A DNA stretch of 64,000 bases from Coniocarpon cinnabarinum (GCA_051942205.1 JAVECO010000024.1:1-64000), one strand, 5' to 3'; positions 1-12,254 are shown, numbered from the stretch's first letter. Made by a program: numbers and translations. The notes: generated from the letters alone by a model not told the origin.

Positions 1-2
1 GT

Positions 3-1841
3 GGGGGAGGAGGAGGGTGCTCGTCCAACCTACCAACCGCGAACGGGGATGGTGAGATGGGTGAAGATGCTGCTGACCAACCCAAGGCATCGACGGCAGC
101 AAGCTCACCCCTTTTCGAGCCTCCGTCCGCGTCATTCTCAAAGCCTAAATCGTCTTCCTCTTCACCGCTCGTTCGTTACAACCTTTTCCCCAAGTGTGAT
201 CCGTGGCCTCGCCCGGACTTCCGCGGGTCTGTTGATGGTACCTATTCAGGTCAGCAAGATGTCAATGACAACCACAACGGTATCGATCCGGTGCACCGAC
301 GAGCTGAATCTGATGTCGTCGGTGTACGTCCAGCTCGCCCTCTCATGAGCTCGGTGTCTGGGACGAAGCCGGCACTGAGCATCAAGACCAAATTGAAGCC
401 GAGTTTCTTGACTATCGCGAACTCCGCCAACACTCCCGATACCTTTCCGCAGCTTCGGTATGTCTCCACAGACACACGTGCCTCAGTCACCTCCTTTCCC
501 GCACCACCACGGGATGGTGGGACGGGTAGGGGTAGAGGAAGGTGTTCGTTCAAGACGACACTCACAGACACGTCTAACGCATCCAACACATCACTCGCCA
601 GCGGGGATGGTGGGATAGGCCAGGTTGAGGGAGGGAGGGACATGAGCGTGTCTCTGCCGCATGCTTCTAATCATCCCAAGAAGACAACCAGAGCAAAGTC
701 CGTGTCACAGACCGCATCAAGTGCACATCGACCTTCCAGTGCTGCCTCCAGCCATCCTACTACGTCCTCGGGTACGTCTCACAAAGCTCGTCTCTTAGGA
801 TCCATCACCTCCAAATCCTCGCCGTCCACACGTTCACCATCCAAGTCTCCGGCAAAGTCGTCGTCCAAGTCGTCGTCCAAGCCTAAGTCCAAGTCCAGGT
901 CCAAGTCATTGGCGCCAACCATGTGCGGCACCCTTCCCTCAGCAAGCCTCTCCACCATCGCCTCCTCCAAAGTTCCCAACCATCCCCAACCAAAAAACAA
1001 CCATCCTTCGTCAAAGGCTCCAGATCAGAACAGCGTCCCTCTCGTTCCGCTCAAGCCGAGATCAAACACGGTCAAGCGCAAACCTATCCCTATATCACTG
1101 CGCGACACGAGTCTGGATCGTAGCCGACCCTCACCGCCTTCGACGAATGACTTCATCACTCCAAGGGCACCACCAGCGACTCCGACCACGCCGAGTACCC
1201 TTCCTTCGGACTCGGATCCCACCACTCCTAGCACTATCGTGTCATCAGATGCGACTTCTCTGTCTTCTCCACCAACGTCGATGTCGAATGGGAAGGGCAA
1301 GGGAAAGCTGCATGTTCCAGAACGTCGCTCGTCGCTTTGTTATTCGAATCATGGCTGGAGTCAAAACACGAGTCAAGGCATGAATAATCGTGTAGTGAGT
1401 CAAAGTGTTGATCGAACTGTCCTCGGCCAGAGCACAAGCAACTGCGTCGCGAATCAAAGCAAGGATCAAAGCATGAACAGCCATGTCGCAAGTCAAGAAG
1501 CGAGTCGACGTCTCACCAGCCATCAAATTCCTAGACAAAGCCTACTCCAACCGGTCAAAAGCGCGTGGGATTGGGATTCTGACGACGACGAGAATGAAAG
1601 CGGGGATATGGTGAGGCTTGTACGAGTACTGGGATGGGGACGGGGAAGTGTGGAGAAGCAGCGTTCGAAGGAGAAGGGGACGAGTGCTGTTGCAAGTGCG
1701 AGGGCGAGTGCAGGCGCGATGCGTAATAGCGAGGGTGAAGGAATGGAAGGGGAACAGAAACGAAGACGGAGGTGGTGGGGTGGGATGGCTAGGAAGGATG
1801 AGACGAAGAGAGATGGTGGTGGGAATTATGGGAGGTTGTGA
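3..1841 (+). CDS. Low-complexity Ser/Pro/Thr/Lys-rich hypothetical protein (possibly 5'-truncated by the window edge)
   Basis: 594-aa ORF from ATG 57; the frame stays open back to position 3. Disordered composition with no recognisable domain. C-rich 5' half and G-rich 3' end, as in other real genes here. Confidence 0.55.
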   Translation, partial: GGGGGCSSNLPTANGDGEMGEDAADQPKASTAASSPLFEPPSASFSKPKSSSSSPLVRYNLFPKCDPWPRPDFRGSVDGTYSGQQDVNDNHNGIDPVHRRAESDVVGVRPARPLMSSVSGTKPALSIKTKLKPSFLTIANSANTPDTFPQLRYVSTDTRASVTSFPAPPRDGGTGRGRGRCSFKTTLTDTSNASNTSLASGDGGIGQVEGGRDMSVSLPHASNHPKKTTRAKSVSQTASSAHRPSSAASSHPTTSSGTSHKARLLGSITSKSSPSTRSPSKSPAKSSSKSSSKPKSKSRSKSLAPTMCGTLPSASLSTIASSKVPNHPQPKNNHPSSKAPDQNSVPLVPLKPRSNTVKRKPIPISLRDTSLDRSRPSPPSTNDFITPRAPPATPTTPSTLPSDSDPTTPSTIVSSDATSLSSPPTSMSNGKGKGKLHVPERRSSLCYSNHGWSQNTSQGMNNRVVSQSVDRTVLGQSTSNCVANQSKDQSMNSHVASQEASRRLTSHQIPRQSLLQPVKSAWDWDSDDDENESGDMVRLVRVLGWGRGSVEKQRSKEKGTSAVASARASAGAMRNSEGEGMEGEQKRRRRWWGGMARKDETKRDGGGNYGRL

Positions 1842-2560
1842 ATATCGAGGATACCAGAATGGACGCCGAGAGAGGGCGAGTACCGCCGATGGGACGCTGT
1901 GATGAAGAGAGTGTCTTGCTTTTCAACAGCTAAACGAAGCCGGTGTCATCAAGCTCATGTACAATCACCGCGAGTGCCTTACGTCACCTCCATTCCACGA
2001 ATTTCCAAGGTATTTCATACTCGACGCCCGTGCTCACGATCTTCCCACATGATCCACTTCTCACGGTGGATTTTCAAAGTGAAGTCTCTTCTCAATCTCT
2101 TCTCAAGTAAATCTTCTTGACATTCACAGTCTTCCGTCAACCATCTTTCATGCATGATGATACAACAATCAAGCGGTATAATCGAAACCCTCAAAATGGC
2201 GGAATTTTTCAACAATGATGCCAGAGCCCGACATCCACTTTGAGAAAGGGAGATCCTCCTGCAGGCTTGATATGGTAAAAGCTGTGTCATATCAATCCAT
2301 TTGGTCTCATCGTCGTTGTCCTCCCCTCCCTCTTGTGTTACTTTCATGAGCGTCACGTTCATGAGCGCCCTACATTCCGCGAAATGGTATCGCCTAAGCC
2401 CAACGAGCACATATTCCACGTACTCTCTCTCTGTTGATTTCGAGGTAGACAATCTGATTCCTGATTTCTCCCTCCCTTTTCTCTCTCCTTCTATTTCCTT
2501 CTTTCATGTTTGCTGTTTCTTTTTGTCTCTTTCTTGATAATACCAGAATTGATGATACTA

Positions 2561-2665
2561 GATTTGACAGTACACGATTTGACAATACTGGATTTGACAA
2601 TACTGGATTTGACAATACACGATTTGACAGTACACGATTTGACAATACACGATTTGGCAATCCAT
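2561..2665. repeat. 15-bp minisatellite, ~7 copies (GATTTGACARTACWS)
   Basis: Units gatttgacagtacac / gatttgacaatactg / gatttgacaatacac in register from 2561, with degenerate copies on both sides. Confidence 0.95.
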
Positions 2666-3053
2666 GATTTTAATAGATACGCGATTTAAATAGATACTTC
2701 ACTCACCTTCAAAATTTGTTTCTGCAACAAGCTATCGTATCTCGACGTTGATGTCAGCAAGTTAATCGTATTGGATTCTTGTTAGAAGATTTTCTCAGCG
2801 CTGACCGTGAATAGCACACGACAGACCGTGAATCGTACTCGTGAGCACCATCTAAACGCCACTGGATCAGTGTAGTAACATTTTCTCAAAGCAAGAATGA
2901 CCCTTTTTGTATCGAACGCTTATCTTGTTGAGCTCCGATTGGATTCAATTTGATTCATTTTGTTATTTAATGCGATTCGATTCCTCTGATTTCAATCGAT
3001 TTAATTTATTCCACCCGACTTGATTCGATTTCATTCGACTTCGAAACGTAACC

Positions 3054-3079
3054 GTACACGTACACGTACACGTACACGT
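3054..3079. repeat. (GTACAC)n hexamer microsatellite
   Basis: gtacacgtacacgtacacgtacacgt read directly. Confidence 0.9.
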
Positions 3080-3127
3080 CATGAAATCCTCCTTTACACA
3101 AGTCCCTCCATATACTCACTTCCATAT

Positions 3128-3272
3128 ACTCACTCACGTCAAACTCACTCACGTCAAACTCACTCACGTCAAACTCACTCACGTCAAACTCACTCACGTC
3201 AAACTCACTCACGTCAAACTCACTCACGTCAAACTCACACACGTCAAACTCACACACGTCAAACTCACACAC
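3128..3272. repeat. 15-bp minisatellite, 9 copies plus a partial (ACTCACWCACGTCAA)
   Basis: Near-perfect tandem units; they appear as THVKL x9 in a spurious ORF. Confidence 0.97.
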
Positions 3273-4133
3273 ACCCATCCATCAAAACAGCAACCTCATC
3301 AACTTCCCACCCACAAAAAGCCGCACCACTCAACTTCATCCTAACCGCCATCGAACAGCCGTGTGTACAGATAGCACCAATCAATTCAAAAAAACCACCA
3401 AAACGCAGGAAAGACGATCACGATCACGACAAAATCATAACAAAACAAGGGCGCTTACACAAAAACACGTAAAGCGTAAAAAGTGATGGATTGATTTTGA
3501 AGGCCTAAGGAGTCATAAGGCCTGAAGAGTCATAGGAGACGTCAGAAAGAAAAAGATCTAAAGAGAATACACAGCGAAACGTCGATTCCATTTCGCCCCC
3601 CAAAAAAGGGTCATTTAAAAGCGGGAATGAGCAAGATAATTCATTGCCGACATGCACGCGAGTGTGAGAGGCGTTTGCACGATCTTGATGCGTGAAGGAA
3701 GGGACCACGAATGGGTTACGGATGATGAGACGAGACTTTACGTCTTCTAAACTACCAGGCTCGTTCTTCGGAGTCACTCACGTCGTGGTTGTCTGTACTA
3801 CGATGTTGATGTCAGTGCGCAAACTTCATTTTGAAGAAATGTGGCAATCTGGCTTCCGTTAAGATACGCTTTCCAAACGTGAAAACGTGGAAACGTGGTA
3901 TGAGATACAATGAAATAAAACGTCCCGAGATCAATTGTCCGTCGGTATTAATAAACATCTACCATCTATGCATTCCGTTCCATTTCATTCCATTCGACTC
4001 GTCGCCGCAACAACGGAATAGCACAACAAGTACAAACACAACGCTCGGCTAACCTCCGAACCATACATTCCGCATTCCCCATGCCACGCACATACCACAC
4101 GAAGCCACAGCAACGGCCTTCAAACCACAGACA

Positions 4134-6318
4134 TCAATAAGTCTTCCTCTCCCTCTCCTCATCCCCACTACTCTCCTCTCTCAGCACACCCTTCTCATCA
4201 ACCACACTATTCGGACTAGTCCTCGTGAAATAGTCCTTCAACTCATCACTATACGCCTCATCCTCCTCCCCTTCTTCCGCACCAACACCCTCCCTCGCCT
4301 TCCGTCTTTGCGCCTCTTCCCACTCGCCACGCAGTTCCTGCACCTTACTCTCGTAGTCCGCCTGGGGATCGTAATGTTTGCCCACGCCGCGCAGGCGCTC
4401 CCACCAGCTGAGATGCTTCGGGTGGACGGCGACGCCGTGGTACTCGTGAGGTCGTCCTGCGCGGATGAACGTCCAGCGCCGCTCTTGCTCTTTCAGGTCG
4501 AGACCGGTGGTGTCGGGCATGAAGAAGAGGGTTAAGAGTGCGCCGAGCAGACCGAACCAAGGAACGAAATAGAAGCGAGTCTGCGCAGAGAGGTAGTTGA
4601 AGAGGACTGCTGCGAGGAGTGCACCGAGCTTGCCCCACGCGGCGGAGAAACCGTGAGCGGTAGCGCGGACGGCGGTGGGATATACCTCCGCGGCAACGAT
4701 GAACGTGACGCAATTGGGTCCAAACTGGTTGAAGAACGACGACAAGAAGTACATGGCCTGAAACTTGTGGATGCCCGCTTTGGAGTAGTACTCGTAGTTG
4801 AACGCGGGGATCATGAAACAGATGAAGCAGCCCGTGAACCCGATGATCATCATCCATTTGCGGCCGTAGAGTTTGTTGTCGATGAGGAAGGAGGCGAGGT
4901 AGTAACCGATGAGTTCGACGCCGACATTCACCAGGCCCCAGAGCCAGGTCACCATGACGGAATTATCATTGGGAGAGATGACTTTGATGAATTGGCCCGA
5001 GAAGAGCTTGTTACCGTAGAAGAAGACGTCATTGCAGAACCAAGCACCAGCAGTAGCAAGGACGCGGAAGCCAAAGTGCGAGAAAGTAAGTCGAAGAGAT
5101 TGCGCGTCGTAGCCGGTGACGTTCGTTTTCTTTTTGGCGACTTGGAGCTGCTTGGAGGCGCTGCGCATCTTGAAGGTACGGTAGTAGACGAGCCAGAGGG
5201 TGCCAATTGCAGGAATCGCGAACGAGATGCGGTAGGTCCATTGGACGGCGACCTTCGAGTATGGTGGATTGCCACTGCCATGGTGGAAGATGAGTAGGAG
5301 GAGGATGAGCAGAACTTGGTTGAAGAATTGGCCCCATCCTTGCATTAAGAATGCGCTGGTGACTTTGCGTCCACGGTGAAGACGATCTTCACGCGTGGAG
5401 ACCTTGCCAGAGCCTACGGCGTTCTCCATACCTGATGTAGCGGTCATGGGGTATTCGCCGCCCACACCGACCGAATAGAAGAAGAGGGACCAAGCATAGC
5501 AGATGACCCATCCGTTGAGGGTCGTGCCCCAAGCTGCAGTCAGCATGAGCAGGCCGAGAAACATGATTGAAGCGTCTTGAATGAGACCCCAGCGACGCCC
5601 AAGCCTGTTACGCGACTTCCTGTCAGCGACGGGAACCAGTAAAGAGCAGATGGGCAACAATCGAGCTGATCATGTTGATGCGTCACTTACCAGTCGCCCA
5701 GAAATCCGACAAGTACCTGCCCGACAATGATTCCGATGGTCTCTAGGTAAGTGACTGAGTAGATCCACTGCTCGTTGCAGACCTTGACGGGGTTCTTGGA
5801 GCTTTTCTTTGCCCAGCAAGATGGAAAAGCTGCTTCGAAGAGCGGCTCAAGATTGCCAATGGAGAACAATACGTAACTGCACATCAAACATGTCAGCCAC
5901 CCGACACCTTGCCAACGTAATCCAAGAAACTCGTAGAATCTGACTGGACGTACCCTTCGAGTAGCAGACCCGCACCGGGCAAGATCATGTTCTTGGAGTA
6001 ATAGCTGACAGGACTCAAAGGATCTCGCTTGAACATTCGCCAGGTCGATGTCAGTTCCTTTCGTGCCTCGGCCGAATCGACGCCGTTGACGAATTTGGCA
6101 CGTCTGCCGATGTTCATGTCGGCCCAGTAGGTGCCTGTGTGGTCATAGGAATCATTAGGTAAGATCAGGTGGTTGAAGATTTCTCGTTCGTTTGCGCTCA
6201 TATCATGCGCATTGTTGTTGGCAATGTTGGATGTCGCAACATGCTGCCCAGTCATGTTAGGACCATGCGGCGCAGCAAGACCGTAGTCGCGCAGTGAGGG
6301 ATCTCCTGACGCTGCCAT
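4134..6318 (-). CDS. MFS transporter, Pho84-like inorganic phosphate:H+ symporter family (~673 aa, 3 exons)
   Basis: Exons 6318-5954, 5876-5691 and 5604-4134 join in frame with GT-AG and GCTGAC branch sites. Motifs GDWLGRR, GVGGEYP, QFGPNCVTFIVAAEVYPTAVRATAHGFSAAWGKLG; about 12 hydrophobic segments. Confidence 0.88.
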
Positions 6319-6655
6319 TGTAGCGCTCGTTGGCTGGCGAGGACGTCTCTCAGTGCACCCGGGACGCAATAATCATGCGGAAGCCCTCTTCTGGATGTTC
6401 TCAATTGGCCAAGCTTTGACCCCTAAATGGGACAAGACGAAAACAGGCCGTTTAGCAGAAAGAGGGTTTTGCAGAATAGAGAGCGGTGGTTCCCAGGTGA
6501 CAAGGAATAAATGCAGAACGGGCAAGTCAAATAGTCTTAATAGAGACCCAGTGGAGCGCACTGCGCGGCGGCGGAGCTGTCAAGGGACAGGCAAATGTCA
6601 GACAGCAATTTTGCGTGCGCGCGCCGAAGTTGCCGTGAGCTAGCAGCGAGCAGCG

Positions 6656-6663
6656 CACGTGGG
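6656..6663. promoter_or_regulatory. CACGTGGG E-box (Pho4/NUC-1/PalcA-type site) upstream of the phosphate transporter
   Basis: Exact CACGTG ~340 bp upstream of the ATG; a second CACGTG lies at 7851-7856. Function is inferred from the known fungal PHO regulon motif. Confidence 0.5.
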
Positions 6664-9435
6664 TGGAGGCTGAGGTAGACGGAGATGCAGTCGTGATGCA
6701 GAAAACAGCGCAGGACTGCAGAACGTGCCCAGACAGGCGTACGTGAATGGCTCCAGGTTGGGGGCAGTAGTGGGAGAGGGTGCCCCGGAGGACGTTTGGG
6801 AGTGGACCTCGTGCGCGCGGTCCCTGCCGGCCTATTGACTCGTAATGGTGAGATTCGAGGTACGGACGTTGCTGCTGTGTTTGATTGTCGTGGGTGAATC
6901 CGCTGAGATCTGTGGATGGCTATGCACGAGGTGAATCTGCAGCCGAAGAAGAGGCGTGCGTGGCTGCTAAGCCTTAGTTCCCACGCGCAAGGCTGTCAAG
7001 CGGATGCTAAGCTTCGTGGCCAAGGAAGGCCAAGGAGAGCCTCAATGTGCGCACACTGCTCGACGGTGATTCGCAGAACAGTCGCGACGAACCAGAAATG
7101 ACTCGATGAGGTTTAACAATAGTTGGAAGCAATCCCTGAAGCAGTCTCTTTTTGCACGGTGATGCGGTGCTGCCAGGGTGTCGATGATGAGCTTTTTTCA
7201 AGGGTATGTGCTCGTCAGTGGAGGCAAGTACTGGGGTTTGCCCAATGGATATGGGAGGCGGAAGGAAGGCAGCTTCCACCGCGCCCACAGCAAATCAATG
7301 AAACGAAATAGAAATTGGTTCACGCGGCTTGGACAAGCGAAAGGTTGGTGACTTCAAGGCATAGCCGCAATGAAGCCTGAGCAGCGACCTGACGGCTGTA
7401 GAGACGAGTGGTGGCAGAGGAAGGGGATTGGTGCAAAATTGCCCCTCGACGTGACGTTGGAGGGTGTGGGAAAGGGACGTTGGGGGTGTGTGGAGGGTTA
7501 ATGGCAACATGATGACGATCAAGGGACGGGCCCACATTGTCAGGATGCATTGTGGTGTGCGGAGGGTGAGTTCTGGGGTGGAGGGAGAAGCAGAGCATGA
7601 TGCGAGGTTGGGTGAAGCCGCCTGGTGAATGAGAAGGATGGGCGAGGGCACGTTGCTGGATGCCGCTCTGTGATTGGTCGACACGTCTTACTCTCGGACA
7701 TGGCCTGAACTCGCCCCAGCCAAGACAGCATTAGCGGTGCCACCAGTTCTCAGTTGGGGTCCTCGTGCCACCGCAAGGTCTGTGCCTCGACGCCGGCTCG
7801 TGACCCTGCCCTGCAAATTTCACTGCGGCTCCACTTCGGTGCTGTACCCGCACGTGACGCGTTAGCGTCATCATTGATATCCTGGGAGATGCTGCGGGCT
7901 TTCTCATCCGCAATGAAGCCTCTCTGCATCCCAATCTGACACCTACGCCCGTGGCCAAAGCCGAATCGAACAGAATATTCAGATGGAGGTCACAATCGAA
8001 ATATGCTGCTGCCATGGCACGTTGTCAGAGCCATAGGTCTTTTGACGCACATAGACAACTGCAGCTCTTTGGTGGCATATTCTATGCACACTGCGGCACC
8101 ACGAAACTTCACATCATACCGTGCATGTGGCGTGATCATTGAATAGTGTTCCGCACGTCTACGCCATGCTGGTCGGTCTTGTTATGCTTGACGAAGCATC
8201 GAAAGTGGTGCAGCTCTTGAATTGGTCGCTATACGGCCTTGCGGAGTATTCGATATCAACTGTTTTCCTACCCTGCTGGCGCTAGGTAATCTCACGTGCA
8301 CCCACGCCGTCAACTCGCGTTACCAGAGACCTCAAGGTCTTTCCTCAAGCACTTCGAAGCTCATTGAAACTCTGGTGAAGAAGTCCAACAGGCTCTTTGC
8401 ACTACATGTCCGAGGCTTGTGGTCCAAAGGTCTTCTTGAGCCTCAGCATCGATCGAGCTCACTTGAGAGTGCACACAATCTCCAATCGCTCTCCTGGAAT
8501 TCCTTCATAGATTCTCTACGCTGATAGCAAAATTGTCGTCAGCACCCCATTGAGAGTCCCTTTCAAATCCAATTGACGACACCAGTGTCTGCTGGTCGGC
8601 ATGCTCCAACGAGGCCATTAAGCCTTGCATTGTGAGCTTCTCTTCGCGTTCAGGATCGCCGCGCGGTCGTGCCCTGCAATGCTCCAGCAGGCCCAAACTC
8701 GCAATGCCAGGCAATCCATCATGGCCACCTGCTCTAATGTCGTGCAACTGTCCAGATTCTTGAGAAATGACGTGAATGGGGCCAAAAATGGCCGAGTGAT
8801 ACGACGCTCAGACAGACACCTAGGATCTCATGTTGCGCCGCTCGAGGGATTCGTGGCCCGAAACTTTGGCCCTCATGGACCCCAGCAAGGCAGCGCAATG
8901 TTGTACTGACCAATTGCGCAACGCGACGATAATCGCTTTCAACACATGTTCACTTCCGATATGTCAGCACTTTGCGACTTCATGAACTGCGTGAAAACAC
9001 GTTTCAGCCACTCCGGTGCCATGGATGCATTGTCGCGATGAGCTCTCCATCTGGCCCTGCACAGCGGCTTTTCAAGTAGGTCTGTTGAATGCTACAGTGC
9101 GACCGTTCACAGGCGCTACTGCGTCCTTACCATATGCGTTAAAACACGTGTTCGCTTCTCCCAGCCGCCCCGATCTGTCTGAACACATCTCGGGCGCCAT
9201 CATGCGCTTTGACTGCCTGAGAAAGCGTAATGACTCAGTGTTCTGATCCATCACATCCAGCTCTCTATCACGGTCTTGACATTTGGCGTGGACTGCATGC
9301 ATAAGAGCAGCACGGATATCTTTCTAGAGGTTCTCGTCGAGAGCTCGCCTTTGTAGAAAGCTTTTGCGAGCTCTTTCCAAAAGCACACACTGACCCAATT
9401 GACCGGAGCACCTGACCATCGGTCCAGGAACGGGC

Positions 9436-9847
9436 ATGCACCAGATCGAGCTAGAAAACGGCACGGCACTGTTCATCCGCGAGGAAGACATTAAGGCTCT
9501 TAATGGCCTTCTCAAGGAGAAATGGCTTGAGAAGGTGAAAGCCATGGTTCAAAACTTTCAGAAGAGAGAGAACATGCAAGACTTTCAACTGGCATTCCTG
9601 GGTCCCTATAAGCCCAGAAGGTATGTTTAGGCAAGATCTTGTGATCAGTAGATCCAGTCATAGTCGACGAGCGCTTCAACGCAGGGGCTAATACAGTCGT
9701 TGCAGCAATGTCTGGCAACGGGTCTGGCAGTGGATAAAATCGTTGGTAATTGAAAAGAAAGAGGTACAGAAGTTCATGGTCCAATTTTGCAAAACGGACA
9801 AGGACCATCCGAGCGCGGAGCCTTCATCCAACATGCTTATATTCTAG
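9436..9847 (+). CDS. Putative small orphan protein or 3' part of a larger gene (2 exons, ~111 aa)
   Basis: Exon 9436-9620, intron GTATGT...GCTAATACAG 9621-9696, exon 9697-9847 keeps the frame (MHQIELENG...KPR-SRCSNVWQRVWQWIKSLV...). No family recognised. Confidence 0.35.
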
Positions 9848-11228
9848 GGGTAATTCTAGAAGTAACGTCTGCTGGTACGAAACCACGCGAAGAAGTCGAG
9901 CTTCGCTCAGCGCATGTGGTCGTCTATCACGCCCTGTTGGACACTTAGACTTGGCGGATGCACATTCTTGGTGCCATTGGCGTATAGCGGCTCGTCGCAA
10001 AACGTGGGTGTTTTTCATAATCACGTCGTACGATTTGTACAATTGTCCTGTCCTTCTCGTCGCTGACGGTTTGAAGCGAACCAGAAGAGGCATAGCGAAA
10101 CCCAGGAGCGGCACGATCCATCGATGGAGAGTTATGCTGGAAGTCGTCTGGCCCTCTTGGACCTGGCCGGTCTCTTTGCATGACGCAAGATGAACATTAA
10201 AGGATTTCGGCCCGTCCATGTGCCCGCACCAGGCTACACTTGACCATACATCTTAGTATGAAAGAGATACAAGCTGTCTCACCAAATGAGGGCGACGTTC
10301 GCCGATGTGTCTCAAACATCCAACGGGCTTTCCTACTTCGGGACATTCCAAGAAGCACGCTACTTACCACGCCCTAAGGGTGAAACAGCCACATCGACGG
10401 GCTTCATCCTGGGGGCTCGACCGTGATCTCAGCATTTGCAGGAGACTTCCTCAAGGTATGCAACGGTACCGACCTGCACCAGCTTCGCAGTTGAACACGT
10501 CGACCTTTCCAAAACAGACCCGGTCTTCACAGTCTATCGTCACAGCACTCACAAGTGTGCCAGGATGAAACAGCCTGAAAGGATCACCTGTACTCATCAG
10601 TCAGATTCACAAATGTACAGGCATAAATCCAAAGCGTCAGCCGTACAGTAGTGATATTGTCTTTCGCTCTTCTTACCAGAGCAATCTATTGGAGAACATC
10701 ATCTACAGCCCACTTTACCAGCCGACATCCCACGAGATCATTCCACGCCTGTGCCCTGACACCTCGAGACACCATGAAAATCCTCAACCATCCCATGAAA
10801 ACGGGCTCGTTGCACGTCCCCGCCAACAAAGAAGCCTCCCTGATCCACACGTCCGGCGTCCGGCGTCCGTTACAAAGACCATCTCGTACCGCAGGGGGAG
10901 CAGTTCACGTTGCGCTTTGTCGCCGAGTAGGAGTTGAACACGGGCGACAAGGTCTCTAATCCATTTCATTGCTCCCATGATAAACCTCAAACCTCGAAGC
11001 TGTGGCTATGAGCGTGAGAGACGCCTATGCATCAGCGCTGCCGCATACCTTTTACACTGAAGAGCAACACACGGATCTCTATTATGCCCTTGGCAAAGGC
11101 GGATTTTAAACTCAAGTGCTCGAATTTCGGGGAATACCAATTGCAGGATGGAAACATGGGTGGCTGTGCGAGGCCATGGACTTGGGTGAGTACGTCCCAT
11201 CGCACGGCTGCGGCTAATCCTGAGTCTC

Positions 11229-11310
11229 ATGTCCATATCCACGTCCACGCCCACGGCCACGTCCATGTCCACGTCCACACCCACGTCCAGGGCCACGTCC
11301 ACGTTCATGG
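11229..11310. repeat. Degenerate hexamer repeat (NCCACG)n, ~13 copies
   Basis: tccacg tccacg cccacg gccacg tccatg tccacg... read directly. Confidence 0.85.
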
Positions 11311-12254
11311 CTATGTGAAAAAGACGCCACATCAAGCTCGTGATGACAAAGGTACAACTCACCGCAATAGCCCTAGTAGTCGACGGACGAACCCTGAACA
11401 GCTTAGTCAAAAGCGCGCATGAAACCAAAACGACGCTTTCCTAAATCAAACTCGCCACACAAAGTCATGTTTCGAAAGAAAGAAGCACGACCGCATCAAC
11501 CTTGCGAACACCAGCGAGCTCCGTCTTACGTCTCAGGATTCGATATGCTCAACGGGGACTTCGTAACTTGCGTGCCACACCATCGGATACCATCATATGT
11601 CTTCGATTTCAGGAAGTTGATGTCAGGAAGACGACGTCAGGCTGTGAAACGGGCAACAGCGATCACAGCAAAAATGAGAACGACGGCAGAAATAACGGGA
11701 AAAAGGATGAGAGGAGCTTTTGGAGTTGCGCGACGAGTCGATGAGGCGGAGATGGGGATTGGACTTATTAGTATGAGAAGAAAAGGAAATGAGATGCGGT
11801 ATCACACGAATATGCTATACTTCTCTTACAGGCAACTTGCAGCCATGTTCTTCAAGATCACAGTTCGAGAGTTCGCGAACTCAAGAATAGGTCGAGAGAT
11901 GATCTCAGCTCTATCAGAAGGCGATGCGTGAGCGCGATGAAGTAGCGCATTGTTGATTGCGTGTGGGAAAGTAGAAAGAGAAGCGAAGTGGCAGAGAATG
12001 CTAGGTATGTACTCTTTTGAAGCACCCAGTGACGTACCGTCAGATGAGCCTCACCGCTGATTGCGTATCACGAGTCACGTGAGTCATACGAGAATCACGA
12101 GGTGCCAAAGAATGCAACGAGATGCCAGACAAGGACGTTGAGGCAGCTTCAGTCGTAAAGTGAGTCTATTACTGGATATCATAGTGAATGATCTATCGTG
12201 CATGGTAAAAGTATTCGTCAGCGTCATCACAACCCAACCATCCCTTCATTCTCT

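Noticed and set aside
2015..2452. 145-aa minus-strand ORF
   Set aside because: Starts at TTG with an in-frame stop shortly upstream and has no recognisable domain; at best an exon of an unresolved transcript.
2394..3472. ORFs with NRVLS, THVKL, THSRQ and EFDVS repeats
   Set aside because: They are translations of the 15-bp minisatellites in several frames, with no independent coding evidence.
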